Source: Lingula anatina (lineage: Eukaryota; Animalia; Brachiopoda). Taken from it: DNA of 64,000 bases. Below the pieces are notes generated by a model. It was not told the DNA's origin. It made no database searches and worked only from the letters and a program-made list of their open reading frames with translations. The position numbers and the translations under genes were made by a program. This document shows, piece by piece, positions 37,301 through 51,600 of this stretch. Each line of letters begins with the position of its first letter. Positions within the stretch are counted from its first letter, which is position 1. The stretch lies in NCBI GenBank assembly GCA_051362555.1, contig CM120645.1:1488001-1552000 (forward strand). The letters are read 5' to 3'.

Positions 37301-39983
37301 CATATCACATGGATATGATTGGACTGATTTAATTAAAAATAGAATCGTCATAAGCAAAAAAAAAAAAAAATGAAAAAAAGCACTGTCATTTCCTTCTAAT
37401 CAAAAACAGCTAGAAAAAGTGGTGAAGATTCTGTCAATTCTGACAAAAAATAAAATTTTACTCTGTTTGATACACAAAAATGTGATTCTGATCTCACTTG
37501 GTGTAATCATCAGCAGCCGACACTGTGAAGGCACCAGGTTCTTGCTTGGTGCCAAGTTTGAAGTTAGTCATGGCCAGAAGGTTCTGGATCTTCTGTCTGG
37601 CATCTGCTATTGATAGCCCCTTCAGTGCTGCTTGAATGGCAAAGTGGATGGTTTGCTGTGTACAGTAAAAATAGTTTCATATCATGTTCTATTAGCATTA
37701 CAGCAACTTTTTCACCAAATGATAATAAAACAGATAGAAAATATCAAATATTTTCTCTTTCTAAGGCAAATTTCATCTATTATTGAATTAAATCCATTCG
37801 TGGTCATGTATTACTACTGGTATAATACTAAAACAATAACAATGTAGCAACTCATTAGGAGTTCAGTGATGCTGGTGAGGCTATCAGAATATAAAGAAAT
37901 GCCCATTACCCCCTGGAGAGTAAGGTTCTGTATGCCTTTATCAGTGACCGGTGCAATAGCCAGAATTTTTGATCGGAAATCTTGCAGCAGTTCCTGCTCA
38001 TCTGCAGGTGTCAGTGTGTCTGGTAGGCATGGCAGGAACACACTTATGTCAGAGAACCTGTGATTGGTCAAAAATAAACCAACTAAAATTGATGATTTAA
38101 ACTTTTTCACACAACTATAAATAATATATCTGGGCAGTGATAAATAATTTTTTTGCAATTCACCAGAAATGCAATTTTTCTTAGCAAATTATAAAATTTT
38201 AAATCATGGCAATTACATACACCAATGTTTTCACACTGCCACTTGTCCTACCTCTCTTGCAGAAGGCAGTCGTCACCACAGTATGGCTGGTTGTCAAGGT
38301 AACACCAGTGACAGTGAGGCCGGCCATCACAGATCATCTCTGTTGTTCTACAAAATAAATTAAGATACCATTATAATTAGTTTCTCTTTCAATGACAGGT
38401 GATTTAGAAAGGGCAGATTTTTAAAATATGTGTATCTTAAACTATTAATTATCAGGACTGAGGGTTCGGAAACAGAATATAAAACAGACATCTGATGCAA
38501 TATTTGAAAAAGATACATAAAATGATTTAAATTTATGTAACATTATCCCAAACCAGTCTGACCTAGAAGCCTACTTTCATAACTGTATCACAACTATTTC
38601 AATGTTCACAGGAAATTAAAACAAAATTCAACCCACCCATTTTGTGAGGAGCATGGTTCAGGACACAGATCCTCAAAGCTTCCCTCCACCACCACATCTT
38701 CAGCCTGAAGGGTCAGTCCACTGACCTTGACATTGACCACTCCTTGGTCTACAGCTGCCTTCAGTTTGGCCGCCTCAGAACTCAACAAGTTAGCTTGACC
38801 AGTTGTGGTCTTGTTCACTGAGAATGAGATGTAGTTCTGGAATGTGGAATGATATTATAAAGAGTTGGCCTACAGAAAAAAGTGTGACGGAATATTGTGT
38901 TAGATGAGACAGTATACTTAGGTAAATGTAACAGAATACTTTGTAAGATGTGACAGTATATTGTGTTGGATGTGACAGTATATTGTGTTGGATGTGACAG
39001 TATATTGTGTTGGGTGTGACAGTGTATTGTGTTGGATGTGACAGAAGTAATAAGACACACAAACTCACCCCTCTGATCCACACATCATCCACTGTCTGTG
39101 CGACCTCTTGAGCCATGTGAGAGTTGACCAAGGTGTAAAGCTCTTGCTTCAGTTGGTCCCTCAGGGATAGTGACCTCATCAGCTGGCTGTCAAAGTCCAC
39201 CCCCTTGAACAGCACTTTCACCTTCATACTGTTATATAGAAAGGCAGAAAAAAACCCTTCTAAAAAAGGTAATAATACCAACATTTTTCAATTCCAAACT
39301 TCTACATGGGAATAGCCCCATTTTATGCTATCTCACCTGATTTTGACTTATCCTACATTAAAGAATGTACTGGTATGGACCAAGAATTAACAAGAAGAAG
39401 AAAGAACGGACCACCAGCACATACCTGGTGTAGTCTCCAGCCTCCCGTGTCCTGTACTGGCTGGGACTGGAGTCAGGACCTATCCTGAAGTCCTGGGACC
39501 ATGACAGCAAGTTCTCAAGATGGCGGTAAGTCTGGTTCAGGGGTGGATCGTTCATCACAGCAGCTAGAGTGAAGGAGAGGGTATCCTGAAAAAGAATAAT
39601 AAAAATGATTAGAAATACTTAGTAAGTAAAACAAAAATTAATCGTAATTTGACAATACAGAAAATAACACTACTGACTAAGTAAAGGGTGTTCCAAATTT
39701 TTTTTAAATTCATACAATTTATAATAAAATTATAAATTTTGGCTACATGTACATCTACTAGGGAAATGGAAATCTAGACACCTGTAAATGATACAACCTT
39801 AGCCATAGAAACCTGACCTCAGTAAATGTGAAGTTCCGTAAAGCTTTGGCTGATAATCCAATGGTGGAAGACCGTATTTTGTTCTCAAAATTCTTCAACA
39901 TTTGGCTCTCCTCCTCAGTGGTCAGTTTGTCCAGGCAGGGAACAGAGGTGGACACTACTATCCTGGGTTATATAATAATAATA

Positions 39984-40039
<56 letters not shown>

Positions 40040-40758
40040 TGAAAAATACTTTATAAAAATGGTTCAGGTAAATATGAAACAAAATATTATTGTTATGTAA
40101 AGTACAAGGTGGAGCAATTTGTGTCATACATGTAGGGTTGTTTTACTTAGTCCATGGATTTTTGAAAATGAACAAGATGTCAAACCCACTGTGACAAAAT
40201 GACTGTTTGACAAAACTGTACATTTTTTAGACATCTCTGAATATTAAGACATACAGATGGTTAACAATGAACTTCAAATTAAAAGGTGTGTCACAGTGAA
40301 AAATGTTGAAAAGGCCTTCTCTATTATAAGTGCTTCATTCAAGTATTAGCATGGTTAAAGGAGCCTCGTGTTGATCACTGTCACGTACAGCACTGATGCG
40401 TTGTATATGATATAATTCCCGGGTCACAATTACCTTTCTGGCAGCAGACAGCTGTTAGAACAGGCCAAGACAAGACCAATACTACACCAAGCACACCCTG
40501 TTACTGCATCACATGACAACTGGTCTTTTCTGGAATACAGAGGGCAGCAATATACAGATATGTGATTAAGTAACTGGCTAGATACATGTATCTGTATGCA
40601 AATACACACACCCCTAACAGTGCATACACTGAATATCATATCATTATACAGAAACACATAACTGTGCATGATGAAACACAAATTGAAATCAACTGCCTGG
40701 TAAACAACAAGGAACATACTTTATTATACATGTACATATACACAAAAACATTACACAC

Positions 40759-40805
<47 letters not shown>

Positions 40806-43800
40806 GGGGAGGGGGGAGATTACCTATCAGAGCATTGTACTGGACATATATCCTGGTAAGAGCCAGTCACACTAACTGCTGTAGGCACCCTGTTTACCCC
40901 CTCTATTGTGACATGGATGCTTCCAACTCCTACTTCAGCTTCAAATCTCTTGGCATGGTCCATCAAGTCCAGAGGGGAACCAGGTGGTTTGGTGATAGCA
41001 AAGCTGATGTGGCGCTGTAATGTAATAAAATGGTTCCATTGTTTTGTTCCACTTTTTTGGGAGGAAATATACTAAGCCACATTTTAACCCAACATAAGTC
41101 ACTGACAGTTTTTGTATCAAAAATTATCCAAAAAGAATGAATTAACCAGATTTGAACTTCATTAGCAACATACAACTTGTATCCACAAGTGCACAAGAAA
41201 TCAAACATTTTTAATTTTGTCTTAGATACTTGGTTCCATATTGTCTTATAATAACACTGTATTGTTTTTTCCCTACAGCTGTGTATATATCTCAGTGCTT
41301 GTGATGTAACATACAAAACAGGATATTACGCTCTTTATTTTCTTTAGATTTTCTACATAAAAATTCAATTCACTTTTAATTTTTGATGTCACAAACCTGA
41401 TCAATTCTTATATCTTGGACTCTGTTGGCTATAGTCTTGTTCAGAACCATGTCTACTATGGCGTGTACTGACTGCTCAACCTCCTGACGCGCTGTCAGTG
41501 GATTCTTCTTCAAGACATTCACCAAGTCAGCATTTTTAAAGGAAAATTTCACATGGACCCTGCAACATTAGGGTTGATAGTATCAAATGATCTCAAATGA
41601 CACTGCAAATTCCAAACACCATTTCATTTCAGTTGGTGTGGCTCTCTATGGTTTGACCTTCACATTGCTTAATGTCAATAATATAAAATACATTACATTT
41701 TCTATTAACAGATAATAAACATTAAAATGTATAAACCATGCAGAGAAATGTGGGCATTTAGGCACTTTCTTTACACTCACACTTACATGGTGAAGCCATC
41801 ACTGGTGGTAGCTGTGTATTTGTTGGGGTCAGAATTTGGGCCAACAGCAAAGTTGCTCTGCAGCCCCCTCTGGAGGATGCCCAAACTCTCTACAACTGGT
41901 GGGTCTTGCATCGTGCCCTGAAGGATGAAGCTGAGGCTTCTTGGCTGGAAAATTATTAAAAACATACAAAGTATTCAATTATTTCAATGTCAAGCTATGA
42001 TAATATAGTGATAAAGGATGGTCCCATTTTATTATGATAAACATTATGCATTTCACAGTTCAATGACCAAAATATCACACTTGACTATCTCTAATTTAAC
42101 AACTATACTAGTATATGTCAGTTCAAAGACACCAACGAGATTAACAACAGTCAAACCAATCTAACCCCTCCACTTCCTTCCCCCATGTATACACTAAGAA
42201 TATCTGACATTTACCAAATTGAACATGAAGGAGTGAATGGCTTTTGAGGAGACATTGGGCAAGAGGGCATGGATGGATGCCTGGAAGTTTTCCCGTATTT
42301 CCTCAGCTTCCTTCAAAGAAAGGGATCCCAAATCCATGCATGGGAAAAACACTGTGACATTTTTTCTGAAATAATTCAAATTTAAATATCAGACCTGTGT
42401 CACCACATAATTGGTGCATATAATAGGGGCACATACTGGCCTGTCCCAGCTTGCATGTGTAAATTAACCATAAACAAGATAGCCACATCAAAATAGCTTC
42501 TGATCAGACAGTAGTAAATGTATCATTGATTTATATGGTTTTGCCTTCAAATTGTGTTGGATATTAAATCTTATTGTCTGATAAAACATTTGTGTTAGAT
42601 GTGACAGCTGTGTTAAATGTGTTCAATGCGATAACTGATTGTGTTGATTGTGACAGCTAATTGTGCTACACATGTCAGCTGATAACGTTACATTAAAGTT
42701 ATGACAACTGATTGTGCTAGTTGCGATGGTTGTGTTGGATGAGACAGCTAATTGCATTAGATGAGACAGTGGATTGTGTGCTGCACATTTCATCACCTCT
42801 CCACCAAGTAACTGTTGTTGGAGCAGATAGGTGGAACATCATAGTCTCCCCAGTCACAGCCAGGAATAAGGACACAGCTGCTGCTGTTGCCACTACAACA
42901 GAAATAGACCAGATATTAAATGTAGGGTTAACACAAAACTACTTGTTAACAGTAATAACTTGATCTTTTCAATGGAGATAAATGAATGTGCAGTTTTTAG
43001 AGGCATAATTTTAGGATTCATTAAAATATGTATCTGTGTAGAATTTGTGGTTTTTCTGTACAGAATAGAACAACATTAAGGTAGCCTGCTTTTCAGTTTT
43101 GTAGCTGCCACTAAATAGGGATATTTTAATTTTTAGGAATTATGAGTTTAAAAATACAATATTCATACCATGTAAAAACACAAAACAAAGTGACCCCAGC
43201 ACTACTGGAACATATTTCAGTGCATGCACTCACCCCTCTGAGCAATCTTTGGGACATAGTTCATGGAAGGAACCAAACCACTCGACCTTGGGTGGGACAA
43301 ATTTTTTGGCTTCGATCACTCTCAGAACCCCTGCCTGGATTGTAGCTCTGACATTGTCCACTAGATGGAGCAGTGACACAGGACTGTCCACAGGCTTACT
43401 GAAGGTGAAGGGTATGTAGTCCTGGGGAGAAAAAATGTTTGTGTGAATTACATTGAAAATGTTTCATATAAGTCTATGATGAATTCCTTTGGCTAAAAAG
43501 GTCTTAGTAATACCCTTATGCAGGGGCAGATAAAGGCCGTCTTCTGGGTCATCTGGAAGACAGTCAGAATTTTTTCAAGTTTACATTGATGGGCATCTAA
43601 TTTATCTGTTGGAAGACAGTCAAAAATGGAGGATGGATCATTAGAGATAATTTGGAAGACTGCCAAAAAATATTTCTGGATCTGCCCCTGCTAATGCTAC
43701 TAAGACTTAAGTGAGTTTCACAAAGAGTCTAAAAGACCGCTACGTCAATTTTCTGCCTTTAACTAAGCTCCATGAGCAAATTGTCAGTGCTGGTATTGAC

Positions 43801-46800
43801 AAAGTTTTTTACTCTCCAAGATGACAGTGGTCCATTTAGGTATGCTAATTTGAAATACATTTACTTTTTTTAATCATCGATTTTTTTTTTTTTGTGTGTG
43901 TGTCATCATTTTAATTGCAAGGGCCAAAAAATCCAAAATGTTTTAAAATGTTTTTAAATAAATAAATAAATTACAAAATCTGCTGCACAGTGAAATTTCT
44001 GGGAGTTTCACAAAACCATTTTTAACTTAAAGATCACACACATGTATAAATGCTACAGCCAAAAAAAATGGTTCACTTTTTTCTTAATCCTCGACAGTGT
44101 CTGAACATAAAATGATATAATCATACATACCCTTTTCAATACTTAATAACAACATAACACACATAATAAACATGATATAAATAGTGACAGATCAATACCT
44201 TCTCCATCCAGAAATTGTCCAGGGTAGTGGTCACATCTGGGTTGGAAATGGCCGCTGACAGTGAGCGACGTATTTCTGACGTAAATTGCTGTCTGGCTGT
44301 GAGAGACTGCCCAAATTCATTATCAAAGTCAGTACCATTATAGACCAGCTTCATACGAATGCTGGAGGAAAAAGAAAACAATCGAAAAATGTAATCAACT
44401 TTATCTACCAGAACAGCTTCATACAAATGCCAGATGAAAAACATAACACATCATACACAATTTTACTTGTATTAAAACAATCATTTAAAATAGTCAAATT
44501 TACCTGATTATTTGATAGTCTAAAATTGCATTTTGTCTCACTCTATATAACGATATTAATACCTAAGATAGTCTGAGACAGGCACAAACATCTCCATGTA
44601 ATTAAACAAAAAAACACTAAAACATGTACATAAATCAATGTAGTTATGACTTACTTGGTAAAATCTTCGGGATCCCTTGCCCTGTACTTGGCCCTGTTTG
44701 TGTCTGGTCCCACTGTGAACCCCCTCTGCCATTGAAACAGCTCCTCTAGATGGCTGTAGGTTTTGTTCAGAGTGGGGTCCCTCATAGTGCCCTGTAGTGT
44801 GAACTGAATGATATCTGCACTGTTCTGAAATATAATATAATATAATATAATATAATATAATATAATATAATATAATATAATAGGTTCATTTACAATATGT
44901 TGCTTTTACTTTTAAAAAAGCCAAAATCTGACCACCCTTGTAGAAAATAAGGCCATATAGCATATACTGTAACTGAGACCCCTGTCTCACCCCTCCTCAA
45001 ACTGTATATGTGTGAAACTCTCACCTCTTCAAACTTGAATGAATGTAAAGCTTTGGCCGACACATTGGGGAGGTGGCCATACAGCTGGTTCCTAAAGTTA
45101 GAGAGAACCTGTGTCTTCTCATCCTGGGGGAGACTGGTAAAGTCAGCACAGGGGAAGAATACCTTGGTCACGATGCTGAAATATGGTGTTACATGAATAC
45201 TAGTAAACTGTGTTGTACAGGGGAAAAACACCTTGGTCTCTATGCTGAAATGGTATTACATGAATACTAGTGGACAGAGCTACAATTTGGTTCATGAACA
45301 AAATTCATTCAAGTTTTCAAAAAGACAAACATTTACATGGTTAATAATGATGTTGTAATTGCAAGTCATAGAAAAAGGAGAATGATATTTAAGAATTTGC
45401 TAGAATAAGAGAAAAGAGCTGCTAATTAGTTCTTATTTCATCATTTACTCAGAACTGAAATCACCATCACAGGGAAAAAGATATTTAATCAACAAAGACT
45501 ATTGATTAACTACGGGCAGAAGACAAAATTCATAAATATTCAAGACATTTTGACTCGTACCTTTCTGCTAATAAAGCATTATTCTGGCAGGTTTTGTTCT
45601 TGTCATAATCTGACCAATCACAGCCTGGTATTGTCATGCAAGACATTTTGTCTACACTGAGAAGAAAAACAGAAAAATTATTAGCTGAAAAAAAAATTAT
45701 TAGCTGAAGTCACTTCTTTCTACTTATTTTCCGCAACTATGGATTTGGAAAGTAAAAGAAATTAAAATCAAAGAAAAGTATTTAATTAAAAAAATTTCCA
45801 ATCCATTTCTTTATTTTAAATAAGATAGCATACATTACCACTGTAAAAAGTGCATAAAATAAGACAATTTGGCAACCAAACTAAAATAATAAAACATATC
45901 ATTTGAAGAATTCTACCGGTACATTACCAACTGACTCTGAAATCAAATAGTGTGAAATGATACTGTGACAGTATCTGAATTTCAAATTTTATTATAACAA
46001 ATTTAACTATTATTCAAAACAGATGCCCTGAGAGCGACCCATCCTCACCCGTCGGAGCACTTTCTTGGACAAAGAAGTTCAAAAGTTCCCTGGTAGGAGG
46101 CAGCACTTGCTGTGACAGTGCCAGCTGGTCCAAGATGAACTGAAACCTGGCTGTTGTTGACTTTTTCTTGAAATGTGTAGAACTCTTCCACAAGGTTCAC
46201 ATCACTGTCAAGGCTTTTGGAGATGGTGAAGGGAATAAAATTCTGAAAACAAAATTGTTATTCTTAATATCTAAAACATTTTTTATTCAAAGTTGTTTCT
46301 CTTTTTTACATGTTTGACATGCAATATGATTTCTGTACCAATGCATAAATTTCAACTGGTCCTAAAGTGACGCATACATATATTCTCCTAAATCATGTGA
46401 ACGAACCTCATCTTCTCAATTGCAGCTACCTAATATTATCTAAGTTTCTTTAATTTTGTGACTTTCTAAACCTTAGCTTCTCCATCTTCAATCCTTAAGT
46501 TAATGTCACGTACAGTGGCTTCTGAACCTCACCTTTTCCATCCATATATCTGTTATGGTGGCAGCCACCTCAGGTCGAAACACTGCCATCACCTCATTCT
46601 GAAGCTGGCCAATCAACTGTTGCCTGGCATTCAGGGGGTCACTTCGCAGGAACTGGTCAAAGTCCACAGTATCCGGGAAGGTCAGGTGTACTCTTAGGCT
46701 GTAATTTTTTTAAGGGATTTAAAGATTTGTGAGTAGAATGATATGCATGTTTGAAAACAGGTTGTCTAAGAGAATACCCTGGTTACGCCGCTACCAAATT

Positions 46801-48116
46801 ACTGCATACTAGACAAATCAAAGGAGTCATTCCCAATGAATATGTCTATATAGATCATACCAATTCCACAGGGACTCTCGCTGAATGGAATCATATTAAG
46901 AGATTAACACCCCTTTCTGATATTGAACCAAGTTATTATACAAAAATGTTTGAAACAAGGAGGTATTTAAATTAATGTGTTAATCTGATTGCATTCAGCC
47001 AGCCCTTACAGAGTTGCACTGATCTACTTAAAACGGTAGTTTCTTTGAAAATGAGCCCTAAGACAAAATGTATGAATCTCCAATTAAGTGAACATTTGAA
47101 AAAAAAAATGACCAAGTATGCCATCACTAAAGCTGCACATTCAAATTCAGCTGAATAAATGAAAGATTAAATTAATGTTGAAAAAAAAATGCTTTTAAGC
47201 TTTTAAATATACATTCTCACACTTACTTTGTGAAATCGTCATATTTCCTTTCTCTGTGCATGCTTCTGTACGCAGACACATTCCTGTGTGGGCCGACACG
47301 GAAATTGCTGACCCAGCGGAAAGTCTGGTTGAGCTGATGGTACGAATCAAACACGGGATCGTCTTGCATGGTGCCCTGTAGGGTGAAGCTGATCCTGCTC
47401 CCATGGAGTGGGTGGCCCTGAAAAGGACAAACAGATTCATCCACAAAAAAAGCATCTTTTGTGTGCCAAATTAATCTACAAGAGGTCTAGCAATTAAACC
47501 TAGGAGCCATAATTTAATCCATTTAATGGCGCAGGTGCAGTCAGGGAGACCATCAGCCCAAAAGTCAGCTTTCTTCTTATGTGGGTCCCCCATATTTGAT
47601 CTGCAGATCTGTTAGCCTGCAGATCAGTTTGTTTCAAATGCTCTTATTCGCTCTCAATATACTAGTATTAATATTGTGTATATCCTATACCATGGGTTAT
47701 TTGTCTAACTTAATTGTAACAAGTACTATACCAAGTGTAATACCAAACACTGTAGCCATCTCTCTCTCACCTGTTGTATTCTAATGCTGTGAATGGCTTT
47801 CAGAGACAGATGAGGCAAAACATTTTGGATGGCAGTCATGAAGTTTTCCTTGGTCTCTTCTTGCTCTTCTGGAGTCAGTTCATCAATGATGAAGGCACAC
47901 GGGAAATGAGCTGTCACCACCGCCCTGAGAAATATATATTATTGTATTAATTATAGTACATACTATTACTGCTACAGATACAGAATAATCGATGGAAAAT
48001 ATAATACAGTGGCTTGCAAAAAATTAAACATTAGTAAGAGAGAAAAGGAAAATTAGAAAATGTCAAAAGAGAGGGAAATACATATAACAGGTGAAATAGA
48101 AGGTGAAGTGGTGATC

Positions 48117-48151
<35 letters not shown>

Positions 48152-48548
48152 AGAGAGAGAGGGAGGGAGAGAGGGAGAGGGAGGGAGGGAGAGAGAGAGG
48201 GAGAGGGAGAGAGGGAAGGAGAGAGGGAGGGAGAGAGAGAGAGAGAGGGAGGGAGAGAGGGAGGGAGGGAGGGAGGGAGGGAGGGAGGGAGGGAGGGAGG
48301 GAGAGAGAGAGAGAGAGAGGGAGGGAGGGAGGGAGGGAGGGAGGGAGGGAGGGAGGGAGAGAGAGAGAGGGAGGGAGAGAGGGAGGGAGGGAGGGAGGGA
48401 GAGAGAGAGAGGGAGGGAGAGAGAGGGAGGGAGAGAGGGAGGGAGGGAGAGAGAGAGAGAGGGAGGGAGAGAGGGAGGGAGGGAGAGAGAGAGGGAGGGA
48501 GAGAGGGAGAGAGAGAGGGAGAGAGAGAGAGGGAGGGAGAGAGGGAGG

Positions 48549-48603
<55 letters not shown>

Positions 48604-51600
48604 AGGGAGGGAGGGAGGGAGAGAGAGAGGGAGAGGGAGGGAGGGAGAGAAGCATATGGTGGTGGGGGGTTTACCTCTCAGCCAGGTAGCTGTTGTTAGA
48701 GCACTGTTGTGGGTTGTCAAAATCTCCCCAGTCACACCCAGGGATGTCATCACATGACTGCTTGTCTAATCTAAATAGAAGACACAAAAATAAAGAAAGA
48801 ATAAATAGACCAAAATAGGCCCAGTTGAGTATAGCTAACTGACATTTGCAGCAAAATTTATGACACAGTCTCAACGAGTTTGCAGAAAAATTTGCACTTG
48901 TAAATATGCTGCAAATTTGCAGGAGCATCTTTAAGTTTGCAACAGACCTCATCTACAAGGTAAAATTAATGCCTTCTTGTACATTTGAAGAGATATTTTG
49001 CAGCATGCTGAATCTTTCTGATGGTTTTTATACACATACTAGTACATCGGATCAGTAATGCATATTTATAATTTTCATAATCCTGTAAAAACACTCCTCT
49101 TAGAAGAAAAGAAATTAAGTTTCAGTAAACACTGCATTAATTGGAACAAAGGAAGCACTGTATCCTTTTTTTCATTGCTTGGTCAAATTTTATTATAGGC
49201 ATTACTTTTTTATTTCAATAATTCTTATTTTAATTGAGACTGTAAATTTCTTTTGTTAATAATCATAAAATAGATGAAATTTGATCGACATTCAATGCCA
49301 GAAACTGACAAAATTAAAGGTTTTCTGTCTCAATCATCATTGTAGCTTTTAAATTCTATTGATCGAAATGATAACCCTAAATAACACCTGGTAAAAAAAT
49401 GAAAATTATTTATTATTTGTAATGTCTCCAACAAAAAAAAAAGTTAACTATCTGTACTAAATTTGATCTTTGTCTAGTGCAGTTTCCAACTTATCAGTCA
49501 CCTCAGCTGCTGTTAATCACAGAGTAAATATCTGTCAACTTTTAATGCACAAAGATTAGTAAGAAAAATAATGTGGTTGTGTTCAGGTAATGACTCATCT
49601 CAGAGTCAACAGGTGACGTCCATAGAACAGGGATAAGCCAATGAGATCACTCTTTAATAGACGGTCCTAATTCTAAGGGAGCCAAAGCAGAGAGGAGGGG
49701 AGAAACAAAGATTTTTGCATAATTTCACAGAACTGAAAAGCAACTTACAATTTTCACAAAAACAATAAACTTTACTAACAATTTCTATCTGCATTGATTT
49801 AAAATATAATATATATCATTATTTACACAATTACATATCTAAAAGGATTTTCCGAAATGAAAATATTCTCTCTGCCGCTTCTCCCTATGTCTCTCATGAC
49901 CACTCAGGTAAGCAAGCCAATGGCGTCACACCTGGAATTAGCATATCAACTGAACTAGTAGGTCACATCTTGTGTACACCACACAGAGTCGTTTGGATTT
50001 AAATCCATCATGGTGGACAACACTTAATGCAGCTCTTTAAGTGGACATTTTGGAAACATTAAACCAAGTGTGACTACTTTAAAGGTAAGGTTTATCTCAC
50101 CTGTGTTTTGGTTAATTATTACAAGGTAATTGTGGATTTCTACTTGGTTGCCCCATAGATGGAAATTTGGAAAAAAAGTTAAGCCAGTGAACACATTGTG
50201 ATATATAGTGTAGGAAGTAATGGAGTCTAAATGATGCAGGACAGGGTCATGAAAAGAATTTTAGTCTTGATTAATCAAAGTATATTGAAGGTTTTTAAAC
50301 CTGACATGAATGTGAGAAGATGTTTAAACCAACACATCCCCATAAAACCGCTATTGCTGATGCTGTGAAAACAGTGTTATGCACTTCATTTTTAAAAAAC
50401 ACCTGTGAGTTGGTCCAATGGACACAGGTGAGCTTAAACAGGTGATATTGCTAAACCAAACGCATAATTAATGATGGTAATGGAAAGCTATAGGGAACAC
50501 ACACAATTGGTTGAGATGGAAGACCATTATATAGTTTAATTCTCTGAGATTACATCTAAATTTCACTCCTGGTCTGAGACTGAGGTAATAGGCATTAAGT
50601 ATTCAATAAGATGGTTTACAGCCACTGCGCTTAAAGATGGGTGTGTCACTGCACTTACTCTACTAGGCCATACTTGGAAGTAAGTTGCTGTTTGTTGTGA
50701 AACAACAGTAGACCTAACATAAACATTATGATCTTGCAGTATACACAGTGATCACTATTCTTCATCTACCCTTCTTCAACCTCATAGATCTACAGGGAAT
50801 ACTTGTGTATGGAAAAAATTATTTTGGGGTTCATTATGTATTTAGTAGACAGGCCCGTAGCCAGGGGGGGTTCGGGGGGTTCGAAAGAACCACCCCTTTT
50901 GGTGGGAAAAGGTCCACTCTAGGTAAAATTTGATCTAGGTTCATGAAGTTTTTATGAAAAAAAGTCAACTTTTTCAGAAAAAGAACCCCCCTTTTGAAAT
51001 TGCTGGCTACGGGCCTGCATTATGTATTTAGTAGATATCCTAAGTTGCACATAAGACATTGCACAGCTTGTATGGTGTAGAAATGTCGTGCAATAATACC
51101 AGTTTGATTGTCTTAGCTTAATAAAGTATTCTATAAAATATGATGGCTCTTCAGAATGCTGTTAACCCAAGCTTGGATATTAAGATGGCACTTAAATTAC
51201 ACATTTCCACTTGTAAAATATCCCACAAAGATATAAATATCACATCTTTGGTTGATTGTTTATAAATAACAGGCCTGCCCTGTGTGTGTGTGTGTGTGTA
51301 TGTGTGTGTATGTGTGTGTGTATTCCCAGGATAACTCATAGTTGGCAAGTGCAAAATTGAACTACAGCATTTATCTATTTGTGAGAAATTATAATATTGA
51401 AAGGACAGGAAATAACTTGATTAAATCCAATCTACCTAACACTTATACACTAGATGTGTAAATTCACACATATGTGATGATGCCAACATAAAAAATGTGA
51501 AGATTGAGCGTCCAGATAACATCAAGGAATTACCAAAGTTACACAACTTGATGACCATGCATATTTACACATAATTAGGATTGGCATGTGGCTTAAATTC

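Noticed and set aside
39828-40127. Poly-Ile and poly-Tyr ORFs
   Set aside because: Translations of the (AAT)n microsatellite.
48031-48753. Three 200-240 aa ORFs (S/L/P- or R/E/G-rich)
   Set aside because: Artefacts of the stop-free GA tract; only 48770-48675 is a real exon.
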